A stretch of 64,000 nt of DNA. It comes from Eledone cirrhosa. Its lineage: Eukaryota. This document shows positions 24,793 through 39,320 of this stretch, in pieces (the first letter of the stretch is position 1; the number at the start of each line of letters is the position of its first letter). A program made the translations under genes and the position numbers. The stretch covers positions 76,942,001 through 77,006,000 of the forward strand of contig OZ024744.1 of NCBI GenBank assembly GCA_964016885.1. Direction: 5' to 3'. The notes beneath the pieces were generated by a model that did no database searches, was not told the origin of the DNA, and was given only the letters and a program-made list of their open reading frames with translations.

Positions 24793-26910
24793 AAGAGGTT
24801 CGTTGTTGTGATAATGGTCAGCAGGGATGTGTGTGCGAACCGCAGCCTGTTGACAGTTCAAATACCTATTAAGACAAGTGTGTGTGTGGGGGCGGTGTAG
24901 CAGAGTAATTCGTTGTAGAGAGATGGTCGGTAGGAATGTGTCTGTACGTGTGTCGGGGATAGTTTAACATGTTAAAAGATATTTTTCAGCTCTTGTCTTA
25001 TACGGAGCAGTGTGTGTGTGTGGGTGTGTGGGGGGGTGTAGCAGAGTAATTCGTGGTAGAGGGATGGTCAGTAGGAATGTGTCTGTACGTGTGTGGGGGA
25101 TATTTTAACATGTTAAAAGATATTTTTCAGCTCTTGTCTTATACGGAGAAGTGTGTGTGTCGGTGTGTGGGTGTGTGTGTGCTTGAGGGTGTGGGTGTCT
25201 GTGTGTGTGTATATATGTCTCTGTGTATGTTAATGTACGCGTGTGTATGTGTGTGTGTATATATGTGTGTGTGGGTGGACTAGTATTTTTGTGATACTGG
25301 TAAAAATGGTGTACATTTTTCGATATTTTCAGTAGAAACGATTCTCTCAATAGAACATCAAAAACCTTAATAATAAAAGGTGTGAAATGATATATAGTAT
25401 TGGCATAATACCAAGGTGTGTGTGAGTGTCCAGATTGTACGTACTGCAAGGGGAATCCATTAGGCCTTGCCGTATTGGAATACTTGTGTACAAATATCTA
25501 TGTGCCCATCAGTGTGCAATGCATGTGTGCGTTTATGTATGTGTGTGTGTGTGTGTATAGCAGAGTAATTCGTGGTAGAGGGATGGTCAGTAGGAATGTG
25601 TCTGTACGTGTGTGGGGGATATTTTAACATGTTAAAAGATATTTTTCAGCTCTTGTCTTATACGGAGCAGTGTGTGTGTGTGTGTGTGTGTATGTCTCTT
25701 TGTATGTTAATGTACGCGTGTGCATATGTGTGTGTATATATATGTGTGTGTGTGTATATATGTGTGTGTGTGTGTGTGTGTGAGAATGTGTGTGTGTGTG
25801 GGTGGACCAGTATTTTTGTGATGCTGGTAAAAATGGTGTACATTATTCGATATTTTCAGTAAAAACGATTCTCTCAATAGAACATCAAAAACCTTAATAA
25901 TAAAAGGTGTGAAATGATATATAGTATTGGCATAAGACCAAGGTGTGTGTGAGTGTCCAGATTGTACGTACTGCAAGGGGAATCCATTAGGCCTTGCCGT
26001 ATTGGAATACTTGTATACAAATATGTATGTGCCCATCAGTGTGCAATGCATGTGTGCGTTTATGTATGTGTGTGTGTCGGCACCTTTATATCTATAGACA
26101 TCAAAAGGTATGCAAATTTGTGTATATTTGTGTTGCACCATAGAACATGTGTGTTTACGTATGTCATTGTATTTATATGTTGATAGAGATGTATGCTGAT
26201 GTAGGTATGTATGTTGACGTGTGTATGTTGTGGGTTCGTCTTAGGGAGAAGCGTTTAGACGGGGTCCGTATTTGTTAATAAAGTGAGATTCCTTGCTGAT
26301 GCGCTGGGTGTGGTTGGCATTATCTTTAAATTTGTAGAGGGGAAAGATTCTGAAGTTGGGATGATTTTGGGCGGCACAGGTATCAATGTGTTCACTCAGT
26401 GGTATTTTCCTGTATTCCCGTATTTTAATTTGGGATCTATGAACAGTCATGCGTTGGTGGAGGCTGTTTTTGGTCTGGCCTATGTATTGTTCTCGACAAC
26501 CTGAGCAAGTTAATACATATATTAGATTTTCTGATGCGCATGTGAAATTGTGTTTTACTATAAAATGTTGTCCTTCTTTGAAATAGAATTCCGAACCCTC
26601 TATTAGGTTGATGCATATGCCACAGTTGGGTCTATCGCATCTTTTTACTGTGGGTTTCGTTGTTGTGGTTGGCAGTACTTTGGCATGTGTTAGGATGTTT
26701 TTCATTGACTTAGATTGTCTTTTGCTCTTTATGATATCGTGTGTTCGTAGGATTTGGTTCATTCTATGGTCCTTTTTCAACACAGGGATGTTCTGGAGGA
26801 TGGTGTCAAAGGCCTCATTGTTGAGGGGGTTGTGTGTGGAGATGTATGGAAGAGCTTTTAGTTTCGGTTGATTTACTTTAGGGTGTCTAAGATCCTGGGT
26901 ACTGAGTTTT
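24480..26910 (-). mobile_element. 5'-truncated Penelope-like element with long, internally duplicated 3' UTR
   Basis: GIY-YIG ORF 26241-26783, a ~520-bp duplication in the UTR, (GTA)n at 24713-24792, and a degenerate U3-A8 HHR at 24547-24585. Confidence 0.8.
26241..26783 (-). pseudogene. PLE GIY-YIG endonuclease domain (frame open, element truncated)
   Basis: CDRPNCGIC..NFTCASENLIYVLTCSGCREQYIGQTKNSLHQRMTVHRSQI..LSEH..RISKESHFI..LN. Confidence 0.9.
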
Positions 26911-26912
26911 AT

Positions 26913-26969
<57 letters not shown>

Positions 26970-27149
26970 CGTTTGTGTTGGATGGTTTAACTAATACTTA
27001 GAACTTGTCATTCGCATTAGCAGACGGTGATATGTAACATCCATCGTAGATTTGCTAACTTGTTGTTGGTGCTGGAGCGGATTTAAATGTTTCGAAAAAA
27101 CACTATACGTTCTTCTATAGCCGGCGGCTTACACAATAGTTGTTTTAAC

Positions 27150-27450
27150 TTTCGGCAATTATCTCAGTACATTACTGGTACTTTATTTTATCGACCCCGT
27201 AAGGTTAACCTCGGCGGGATTTGAATTCAGAACATAAAGGGCCATAACTCAATGCTGAAAAGTTTGGTACCTAACGCTCTGCTGATACTGCCAATCCACC
27301 ACCGATTACATAATAATTGTTTCTACTTTTGGCACAAGGCCAGCAATTATCCCAGTCTATTACTGGTACTTTATTTTATGTAGCCCGTAGGTTAACCTCG
27401 GCGGGATTTGAACTCAAACCGTAAATGGCTGTAACTCTATGCTGCAATAC
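27150..27450 (-). mobile_element. Two SINE family 1 copies with internal deletions
   Basis: Core and B-box motifs present. Confidence 0.75.
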
Positions 27451-27630
27451 TATCATACACACAAACATACATAGTACATACATACATGCATACATACATA
27501 CATACATACATACATACATACATACATACATACATACATACATACATACATACATACATACATACATACATACATGCATACATACATACATACATACATA
27601 CATACATACATACATACATACATACATACA

Positions 27631-27945
27631 TGGTGGCTGCCAACTCGTTTTCGAGTACGGCCACTACTTTATATCCATGTAGGAGAACCCTTACCGATGC
27701 GCTGAACGAGTGTGACTTTTTAGTCCAGCCAGCGACTTGAAAACTCTGGTACAAACACTACACCTGTGACAATTATTGACACATAGTGCTGGGCCCATGG
27801 TACCATGTGATGACAAGTGCAGAGAGATCTCCAGATATAAAGCAATGCCTGTACCGTGAAGCTTTTATAGTGAGCAAAGGCACTGCACAAAGCCAGTCCC
27901 ACTCTCTTAACCAAGATGATATTTACCAAAAAGAAGAACATAAAT
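27631..27945. repeat. Unclassified interspersed repeat embedded in (TACA)n; diverged relative at about 52310-52520
   Basis: Both begin CATACATG(G/A)TGGCTGC..TTTCGAGTA directly after (TACA)n and share later motifs. Confidence 0.4.
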
Positions 27946-28029
27946 ACATACATACATACATACATACATACATACATACATACATACATACATACATACA
28001 TACATACATACATACATACATACATTCCT

Positions 28030-30375
28030 CCAAGATCACTGTAAAAATAAAAACATCATCACAGATTAACAAACAGCTGGAAAGAAAGGGGTTTGGGGAT
28101 GTGCTGAACAACTCCTAATCAACAAAACTGCGATGTCGGAGGTGCGACAACTTAGGAGGAATATGACTACAGTCTGGCTGGACTACAGGAAAGTTTTCGA
28201 TTCTGTTCCCCACTCCTCGATGATAGAGTCCCTCCGACTTGCTAAAGTCCCAGACATTATTATCAGAGCCATAGAGAAGCTGTTTTCTTCTTAGGCTACT
28301 TACTATCCTAAAGTTAAAGACAGAGAAGGAGGACTCTATTTTCACTGATAAAATAAAATATCGCAGGGGTATATTTCAAGGAGACAGTCTCTCTGTGATA
28401 TTATTTATCCTGTCATTAAACCCCTTGTCCTTTCTTCTCAAGAAATGTGTAGGATACATCATTGGCTCACAGGACAGAAATGCGAACCTAACCCATAATT
28501 TCTTAGTGGATGATCTGAAACTCTATGCCAAGAACATGGATGGGATGAAGAAAAATCTTAACCAGGTTACAACATTCTCAAATGATATAGGAATGTAGTT
28601 TGGCCAAGATAAATGCTTATATATGACTGTAAAGCGGGGAAAAACAACAACCCAATCTAGCAACATTTGTATCAATGGCCTAACTGTTTCACCGATATCT
28701 GATGAGGAATCTACAGATACCTGGAGAGAGATGAGAACATATCCTATAATTTTATCTGTAATAAGGAGCGCGTAACCAGGGAATACTACACCCGATTAAG
28801 AAAGATATGGTCATCGGAACTCTCTGCGCAAAACAAAACAGTGGCTCACAATGTGTTTGCTGTGCCTGTCCTAACACCAACGTTTGGAATACTCAATTGG
28901 ACGATAGACGAAATCCGAGCAATTGATGTTAGAACTCGAAAAATACTAAACAACACCGAAAACTTCCACATCAACAGTGACATAGACCACCTTTACTTGA
29001 AAGGTAAGCAGGGAGGCAGAGGCTTAACATCAGTCCAGAAAGCATTTGAATGTCGCATCATATCCCTCCGACAACATGTGCGAACCTCGAAGCGTAGGAG
29101 CCCGTCTCTCGAACAAGTCTATCTGCATGAAACAGATAAGATCATGAGAGTTGGGAAGGAACTCTTCGAAAGATATTCTCTGTGTGATAATCAAAATCTC
29201 ACACCCAGGGAAGTCGCTCAGCAGTATCGCAGTGAATCCATGGATAAAAAACTGCATGCTTATCAGCAAAAAGTCATGCATGGATATGTTACCAGGAAGC
29301 TCCAGAGTGAGAGTAATATAGATAAAGAAAGTAGTCTATCTTGGACCAACAACCGCTATATTGGCTCCCACTTTGAAGGATACGCTTTTGCAATCCAAGA
29401 ACAGGAAATCAACACGAAATACCTGTTTCACAAAAGAGATAGGGATGCAGGCAAAACACCTAGATGTGCTAACAAGTGCAGACTCTGCAGAATTAATATC
29501 GAAGATGTCACCCCTGTCATAAACAGCTGTCCAAAGATGTCATCGTGGTACTATCTACCTATGAGGCATGATGTAGTGGCCAAAACACTGTACAATGCAA
29601 TTCGTAGAAAAGATAGCCCGATAATAAACACATTAAAAACTTCAGCAACGTGGAAGACATACATATACATAATATGAAAGAGTACTGGTGGAATCTTCCA
29701 GTAAAAGCCCCAATAAAATGCAGGCATAACAGACCAGATGTTATGATATGGGACAGGGAAAAGAAAGCAGGCACAGTCTGATATGGGACAGGGAAAAGAA
29801 AGCAGGCACAGTAGTGGAAATTAGCTGCCCAGATTAGTGAAAAGGAGAATATTTATGGAGAACTGATGAGAAATCTGCAGATACTCCACACTGATTACAC
29901 CTACAGATTTATGCCTGTGATTATTGGGGCACTGGGATATGTTAGTAACTGCCTCAATACAAATCATGAGAAGCTAGGCTTCACAGGAACAGAAAGAACA
30001 CAACTAGTTAGGAAATTACAAGTGCAATCCATTAATGGAACAGTAAAAATATGTAAAACATTCCAAAAATTCTGCATCTAATAACTGCATAAACACATGT
30101 ACAGAAACTAAGCATATACACATGCACACATACAACTCAAAACATACACATCCACACATACAATAACATCCATATCTACACATGCATGCATACATAAATA
30201 TCTACCTAGTTGATGTTGTGTAAATTCCAATGAGAGAGCCTTGTGTCTATGTTAGAAACCGACTCTCTCTTTATTGGGAAAAAATTTGTGAAATTATAAA
30301 ACCAGAAGAATATACATAAATTATAAAACCAGAAGAATATACATAAATTATAAAACCAGAAGAATATACATAAAT
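28030..30375 (+). mobile_element. 5'-truncated R4/Dong-type non-LTR retrotransposon (RT + zinc knuckle + RLE), frameshifted
   Basis: WLDYRKVFDSVPHS, RGIFQGDSLS, FLVDDLKLY, CRLC..SC, RHDVVAK, HNRPD, EISCP, MPVIIGALG. The 3' end has a 27-bp unit repeated three times. Confidence 0.85.
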
Positions 30376-30498
30376 AACTATCTATGAATGCAAAGTGAGC
30401 GCAATCCTCAATTTATCAAAATTCATGGATTGCGGTTCATGGTTTATAGCAAAACCATATATTCAAACCTCAGCCTTCCATGTGATTTGTAGTGTTCT

Positions 30499-30605
<107 letters not shown>

Positions 30606-30699
30606 CCGTATATCGACAGTCAATCTACTGTCAAATCGACCGAAGAAACAATGTTTCCGTTGCTCTTTCTAATTGCTAATACTATATATCTATCTATCT

Positions 30700-33186
30700 A
30701 ACGAGGGAGTCAAAGCAGTTAGCTGGGCCCGAGTGACGGAGGCAAAAAGTGGCAACAAGTCCACGATTCGGTTTTTTAAGGATCAAAGCGGACGCGTGAT
30801 ACGTGAGCCGAAGCAGATGTGTGCAGCCTTTCAGCAGCACTTTGCTCAACTGTTCGGGCGGGGCGGCGCACCGGGAGGGGCTATAGATTTCGCTCCATAC
30901 CTCGACGGCCTACCGCGACTCTCGCACAGCGAGGCAAAGTTCTGCGAAAAGCCGATTTCAGCCGCTGAGATAGGGGACGCGCTGAGCCAATGCGGCAAAC
31001 GCAAATCTCCAGGTCTCGACGGTCTACCCTACGAATTTTACGTAGCAATGCCGGACTTATTCTCCGGTCTACTGGAAGCGGTCTACTGCAACTGGCAACA
31101 GTACGGGAGAATTCCCAGTTCTGTAACCGGGGGCGTAGTCACACTAGTCAGGAAGGACGAGAATAAGGGGGATGACATGGGCAACTTCCGGCCCATAACT
31201 CTGCTAAACACAGAGTTACAGATTTTGGCCAAGGTGTTGGCAAAGAGGCTGGCGCTTGTCGTCGAGAACCTGGTGGGAGAAGCGCAGACATGCACAATCC
31301 CGACCTGCTCGATGCGGCAGGCTTCGGACCCGTGTTCAGGGGCTGAATTGCTGCAATGCACAACAGCAACATCTGCTCAAGGGTCAAGGTGAACGGCTAC
31401 CTCTCGGAGCCGTTCCATATTACGCGATCTATTCGACAGGGATGCCCTCTCTCCTCCCTTCTGTACGTGCTGACTCTCGAGCCACTAGTGCGGAAGTTGG
31501 AGCTATTGCAGAGCATCCCTCTGGAACCGGGACTGCGGAAAGCGGCGTCGGCATACGCCTACGATGTGACAGTAATGGTGTCGAGCGCCTCGCAAATCGA
31601 GGAAGTCGGCACCTTACTGAAAGAATACGAAGGTTTCACAGGAGCGAAGCTGAACCGGGACAAGTCCATTGGTTTGCAACTCGGATCGTGGAGAGGCAAA
31701 CCGATGCCTTCCGATGGCGTCGTCGGACGCTGGACGGAAGGACCGGTAAAGTTGCTCGGGGTCTGGTTTGGTCCCGACCTCCAGGTGGAGAAGAACTGGA
31801 ACGAAGTGACGGCCAAGGTGTTTGCACTCACCCAGAAGTGGGCCGAGTGCAAACTATCCATGAAAGGTCGAGCAGAGGTGGCGAAGACTTTTATAGCGTC
31901 CGCCATCTACTACCGCTTGACCGTCGTGCCTTATCCAGCCAAAACGCTCGCCAAAATGGAGCGCGCGCTCTTCCAATTCCTTTGGAAGAGGCGGGCTCCT
32001 TTGGTGAGAAGATCCATCTGCTGCCAACACCCTTCTAACGGAGGGCTGTGGATGATGTGGATGCCGTGGTTGACGATGGGCAAACACGCGCTCAGGCTGC
32101 GGCATCTCTACGTATTCCTCACCAGACAACCGATGTGGGCCTCGTTCGTGAGGCGAGCCTTCCCACGACTCGTCTTGCTTACCGAGCTGCAGTCCTGGGT
32201 CAAGCAAAGACCGAGGAAAATGGGCGACTGGCACATCGAATGTGCTCAGGCGCTCACAGCCCTCTGGCAGACGGACCCGGCGATCAGTGGAGACTCCACT
32301 TCGTCATTCTATAGAGGGTTGATCCGCAGCAAGTGCGACGATGCGCTCGGTGAAACTCTAGACATAGAGGAAGATGAACTGGCCAGTCTGTTCGGTAGGA
32401 CCTTCCGCCCGGGACCGATGGACAACTTCCAAAAGTCCCTGGCCTGGCAGTGCTACCGAGGAGCTCTACCAGTTCGAGACAAGCTCTAAAGACATGGACG
32501 CCCGGGCAGGGACCCTGCAAAAAAGATCGGTCCGAGGTTCGTGCGTAACGAAGAAACCGTCGCGCACGCATTCATACACTGCCCGGGCGTCACTGACCTG
32601 TGGGGCTATGTAGAACGACTTTTGTCGCGGGTGGGACCAATCCAGTTGACCACCGAGTCCATTCTCATGATCAAACCGCCACTCTCCTTCAAAAACGAAG
32701 GAGAGGCGGTTTTCCTTTGTGTGATAGCTATGGCGAAAGAGGTTGTATGGTGGACAAGGTTGAAATGGCTGAGGTCAGACACCTTTCTCTCCGGCCAACA
32801 ACTGATTCTATTTTTCAAATACCACTTTGGAAGAAGAATCAGGATGGAGAGAGAGAGGTGCTGTACCCCAGCAAGTTTTATGAAAGGTGGGTGAAAGTGG
32901 CGAGAATGGTACGAGTGAATGAGCCTTCTCTCTATATCAGCATGTAGGTTGAGGAAAAGGAGGAGGAGAGGAAAGGAGTACAAACTCTTCGTACTCCTGG
33001 AGATGAGGGTTGCACATTTTTTCGGGGGTATGTGTTACCCATATGAACTGTCTCCCCCTATTGGGGAAAATCGACCACTTTTTTAAATTGCATTTGTGAT
33101 AACATTTTACACGTTTTTATTGTATGTAAACTTCCCCCTTTGTATTTTTCCCCTTCTTTTGTGCCCCTGTGGCTAATAAAGAAACA
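30700..33186 (+). mobile_element. 5'-truncated Tx1-clade (L1 group) LINE ORF2 + 3' UTR
   Basis: KSPGLDGLPYEFY, FRPITLLNTE, IRQGCPLSSLLY, AYAYDVTV (degenerate YADD), ETVAHAFIHC. Internal deletion near 31305. Ends AATAAAGAAACA+(TATC)n. Confidence 0.9.
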
Positions 33187-33214
33187 TATCTATCTATCTA
33201 TCCATCTATCTATC

Positions 33215-34228
33215 GGACGTGCGGTAGATTGCTGGTAAGTTTTTGTAAAATTTTCCATACAAAAACAGAATTTATTGTGTAAAAATTTATATTGTTTGAT
33301 AGATTAACACCCAGGCTGAATTGTCAGCCGGGTGACAATCTCAGTGTTCGCCCCACAGGGGCGGAAATTTAATTTTTTTAAATTGACAAGTTTTTAAAAT
33401 GTTCCTAACTTTAACAAATGTTCCTAACTTTAACAATGTGGGACGTACAACGAACGCTAGACTGCAAGAAGAGAAGGAAAGAGACAGAGATAACCGTTAT
33501 ATCTCCCTCTATTTCCATAGAAGTATCTATGGAAACGAACAACAACAAAACTTCGTTTCGTAAAGAGATGAATATTCACACAACAAAAGATGAAAATAAC
33601 AGCCCACAACAGACACCAAAACACACAGAAAATGCTGTAATTGAAACAATTGACACAACTACACACGAAAAAACAAACAACACCAATAAGATGAAAAATG
33701 TGAACAACCACAACAACAACAACAACAACAATGATAACAACACCACCACCAACAACAACAGCAACACGAACAACTCTACAAACAAGGAAAAGATTTCCTT
33801 TGCTCAAACCGTCCAAAAGACGGAACTGTTTACATACCTTGACATTTCCAAAGCTAGGGAGCTGTTAAGTGATGCAAAACAGTATGTAACGCTTGGTGAG
33901 AGTGGTGCTTTCAGCATCACTTCTCCTCAACAGTTACGCAGAGAAACTGTTCTAAAAACAGTAATTTTTAGGACAGTTTCAAATGTGTCAAAAAAAACAG
34001 TCCAATTATTCCAAAACGACATTGAACTGGTTCTGAAAAGTTCAATGAAGGATATTGCCTTCATCCAAAAAGGGAAACGTTTTGGAAGCATTTCGGTGTT
34101 GATGAAAGACCAATTGACAGCACAAAAAATATTCTAAATACACTGTTTAAGCAGTGGTCACCTGAAGGCTTACTGTCTTCAGCTAGCTGCAAAAAAAAAA
34201 AAAAAAGAGGCTCTACTGCCAACACCCA

Positions 34229-34269
<41 letters not shown>

Positions 34270-36596
34270 CGCAAACATAACCAAAACAAGAACAACAAAC
34301 CAAACTGCAAGCGCAGTCCCACCCAACCCCACTCCACCTAAAACCACTGCAAAAATACCCACAAACACAACAGCTCCCCAAAACATACCCCTTCCAAATA
34401 ACACAGACACCACAACAGACGAGGCCCCCTCATCATCGCCAAGTTACGATGAGGGAGAGCCTCTCCGTTCGAAAAGAAAGAAGAAAAGACACCACAAGAA
34501 CAAAAAAGCAACAAACATCACTACCAACATATAACCACCAACACAAACATTACAAACAAAAACCCCCCGTCCCGAAAACAAAACCACGACATCACTCCAA
34601 ACACAAACACTTACAACAAAACGAATGCTCACACAAGAACAACAGACAAAAACCAACACGACACAAGAACATTACACATACATAAACAGTGAAAACAAAA
34701 CTTTAATGGAGGTCATCTCCCAACTTTTTCGAACTGTGCAGACAGACCTAATTTAAAGATGATTAGGGTCCCTACGGACACCTATAAGTCTTTAAAGGAA
34801 AACTTTCCTAAGGACGTGGGTAATCCTTGTGTTAAACCCATTAACCGCGTCCTTTTAAAATGTTTCCCCACCCTTACCCCAGACACGCCCTCCCTACCAA
34901 ACATCTCCGTCCCCACCCCGCCGGAAACCACCACCCACCAAACAACCCGTCCAACACCCCCATGGAAATTGTGCAGCCTGGTCCCCAGGAGACGAAGAGG
35001 TGAGTGATTTATTTTCCTCTTCTTTTAACCAGCATGGCCAATATAAGAGTTGGATGTGTGAATGTACGCGGCCTGTGGATGCCCTGGAAACAGGGCAAAC
35101 TCTTAAACGACCTCAGGTCGCACAGTATGGATGTTGTAGCCATTTGCAAGTCCAGGATCGACAGCGAGCGACAACTGGACGGAAGGACCGGTGAAGCTGC
35201 TCGGGGTCTGGTTTGGTCCGGACCTCCAGGTGGAGAAAAACTGGAACGAAGTGACGGCCAAGGTGTTTGCACTCACGCAGAAGTGGGCCGAGTGCAAACT
35301 ATCCTTGAAAGATCGAGCGGAGGTGGCGAACACTTTTATAGCGTCCGTCATCTACTACCGCTTGACCGTCGTGCCTTGTCCAGCCCCAAAAACCAAAATG
35401 GAGCGCGCTCTTTTAATTCCTTTGGTTAGAAGATCCATCTTCTACCAACACCCTTCCAACGGAGGGCTGGGGATGCCGTGGCTGACGATGCGCAAACACG
35501 CGCTCAAGCTGCGGCATCTCTACGTATTCCTCACCGGACAACCGGTGTGGGCCCCGTTCGATAGGCGAGCCTTCCCACGACTCGTCTCGCTGACCGAGCT
35601 GCAGTCCTGGGTCAAGCAAAGACCGAGGAACATGGGCGACTGGCACATCGAATGTACTCAGGCACTCACAGCCCTCTGACAGGCGGATCCAGCGATCCGT
35701 GGAGACTCCACTTCGTCATTCTATAGAGGGTTGATTCGCAGCAAGTGCGACGACGCGCTCGGAGAAACTCTGGGCGTGGAGGAAGACGAACCGGCGACTC
35801 TGTTCGGTAGGACTTTCCGCCCGGGACCGATGGACAACTTCCAAAAGTCCCTGGCCTCGCAGTGCTACCAAGGAGCTATACCAGTTCGAGAGAAGCTCTG
35901 CAGACATGGGCGCCCGGGAAGGGACCCTTCGAAAAAGAACTGTCCGAGATGCGAGACGAAGAAACCGTCGCGCACGCATTCATAACACTGCCCGGACGTT
36001 ACCGACCTGTGGGGCTATGTAGAACGACTATTGTCGCGGGTGGGACCAATCCGGTTGACCATCGAGTCCATTCTCATGATCAAACCGCCACCCTCCTTCA
36101 AAAAAGAAGGAGAGGCGGTTTTCCTTTGTGTGATAGCTATGGCGAAAGAGGTTGTATGGTGGACAAGGTTAAAAGGGCTGAGGTCAGACACCTTTCTCTC
36201 CGGCCAACAACTGATTCTTTTTTTCAAATACCACTTTGGAAGAAGAATCAGGATGGAGAGAGAGGTGCTGTACCCCAGCAAGTTTTATGAAAGGTGGGTG
36301 AAAGTGGCGAGAATGGCCCGTGTGAATGGGCCTTCTCTCTATATCAGCCTGTAGGTTGAGGAAAAAGAGGAAGAGAGGAAAGGGGTACAAACTCTTCGTA
36401 CTCCTGGAGATGAGGGTTGCACATTTTTTTCGGGGGTATGTGCTACCCATATGAACTGTCTCCCCCTATTGGGGAAAATAGATTAACTTTTAATTTGCAT
36501 TGTGATAATATTTTACACGTTTTTATTATATGTAAACTCCCCCCCTTTCTATTTGTCCCCTTCTTTTGTGCCCATGTGGCTAATAAAGAAACATAT
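33215..36596 (+). mobile_element. Internally deleted Tx1-clade LINE retaining 5' UTR, ORF1, APE start and 3' end
   Basis: ORF1-like region 33418-34755. ORF2 start MANIRVGCVNVRGL..DVVAICKSRI (35034) is fused at about 35177 to sequence matching 31730 onward. The 3' UTR is nearly identical to the upstream copy. Confidence 0.85.
33418..34137 (+). pseudogene. Putative Tx1 ORF1 N-terminal part
   Basis: 239-aa ORF with an Asn/Thr-rich segment and SFAQTV motif, lying between the 5' UTR and the APE start. The downstream frame is broken. Confidence 0.55.
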
Positions 36597-36599
36597 CTA

Positions 36600-37001
36600 T
36601 ATACATTCGTATTACATACATATTTATACATGCATACATACATATGCATACATACGTGTGTGTGTATATATGCGTACGTGTTTATGTGGATGTGTCCATG
36701 TGTGGGTATGTGATTTTATGCATGTATGCGTGTGCATATGTACGTACGTACGTGTGTGTGCGTGTATGTATGCGTAGAGTGTATATATGAAAGTGGGTAT
36801 GCATGTGGGCGAATGCGTATGTATGTAAATGTGTGTGTATGTGTGTGTACGTATCTGTGCATATATGTGTATGTGTGCGTGTGTGTATGTGTATGTGTAT
36901 GTGTGTATTTATGTGTGTATGTGCATGTGAGTGTGTATGTGTGTGTATGTGTAAATGTGTGTATATGTGTATGTGTGTTTGTGTTTGTGTGTGTGTGTAT
37001 T

Positions 37002-37040
<39 letters not shown>

Positions 37041-37448
37041 GCGTTTGTGTGTGTGTATGTGTGTTTGTGTGTGTGTATGTGTGTGAGTTTGTGTGTTTAT
37101 GTGAGTGCGTGTGCTTGTGTGTGTGTATGTGAGTGTGTATATGTGTGTATGTGTGTATGTGTGTGTCTGTGTGTGTGTGAGAGAGTGTGTATGTGTGTAT
37201 GTGTATGTGTGTGTGTGTGTATGTTAGTGTGTATGTTAGTGTGTATGTTAGTGTATGTTAGTGTGTATGTTAGTATGTATGTGTGTGTGAGTGTGTGAGT
37301 GTGTGTGAGTGTGTGTGTGTGTGAGCGTGTGAGTGTGTGAGTGTGTGAGTGTGTGAGTGTGTGAGTGTGTATGTGTGTCTGAGTGTGTGAATGTGTGCGT
37401 TTGCATGTGTGTGTGAGTGTCTATGTGTCTGTGTGTGTGTGTATGTGT
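36600..37448. repeat. Degenerate (TG)n-rich tract
   Basis: Direct reading. Confidence 0.9.
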
Positions 37449-37549
37449 AACCAAATGGTTGCTAAGTAAATCTCAATGAAGGTGTTCTTGGTTATTAGTC
37501 GGATACCATTGGAGTGAGGCTTAAAAAATAAAATAAAACCAGAACAGAC

Positions 37550-37961
37550 ATCTATCTATCTAAGGCGGGTAAAATTCCCGAGATCCATGGACGAGTTCTC
37601 TCCAGCGGTCTCTGTCCCTCATTATCGCTGCCATGTCCTGCGTCTCCAACAGACCAGTGTCTGTCCTTAGGGCATCAACATAAGTTAACCTTGGTCTTCC
37701 ACTTCTAGTGTCTGAGACTTGGACACTGACCAAGAAACTCACTCAGATGGTGGATGGGTGCTACACGAGAATGTTGAGGATGGCTCTGAACATTAATCAG
37801 TATACACTGAGGATGAAAAACTCAGAGCTGTATGGGAGCACCCCAAAAGTCAGCTCAAAAGTGACACAGAGGAGACTGAGGTTAGCTGGAATTGCTCACC
37901 GACATCCAGAATTGACATTGCACTGTGCTCCTGTGGGAGCCCCTACATGGACACACTAGAA
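37550..37961 (-). mobile_element. RTE-clade LINE 3' fragment with 5' inversion
   Basis: Minus strand 37560-37712 reads RSGRPRLTYVD..DRDRWREL then stop and (GATA)n. Plus strand 37708-37961 reads SETWTLT..CYTRMLR..RLRLAG..WEPLHGH. Confidence 0.8.
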
Positions 37962-38003
37962 CATACATATATACATATATATCATACCACACACACACAC
38001 ACG

Positions 38004-38107
<104 letters not shown>

Positions 38108-38180
38108 CATATATACTTGAAATATGTATAATGAAATAAATATGGTTTTATAAATATAGTTTCCATTTGTTAATATATTG

Positions 38181-38228
<48 letters not shown>

Positions 38229-38231
38229 CAG

Positions 38232-38294
<63 letters not shown>

Positions 38295-38334
38295 AATATA
38301 TATATATATACATCAACGTCCAGCCCACCACGTC

Positions 38335-39320
<986 letters not shown>

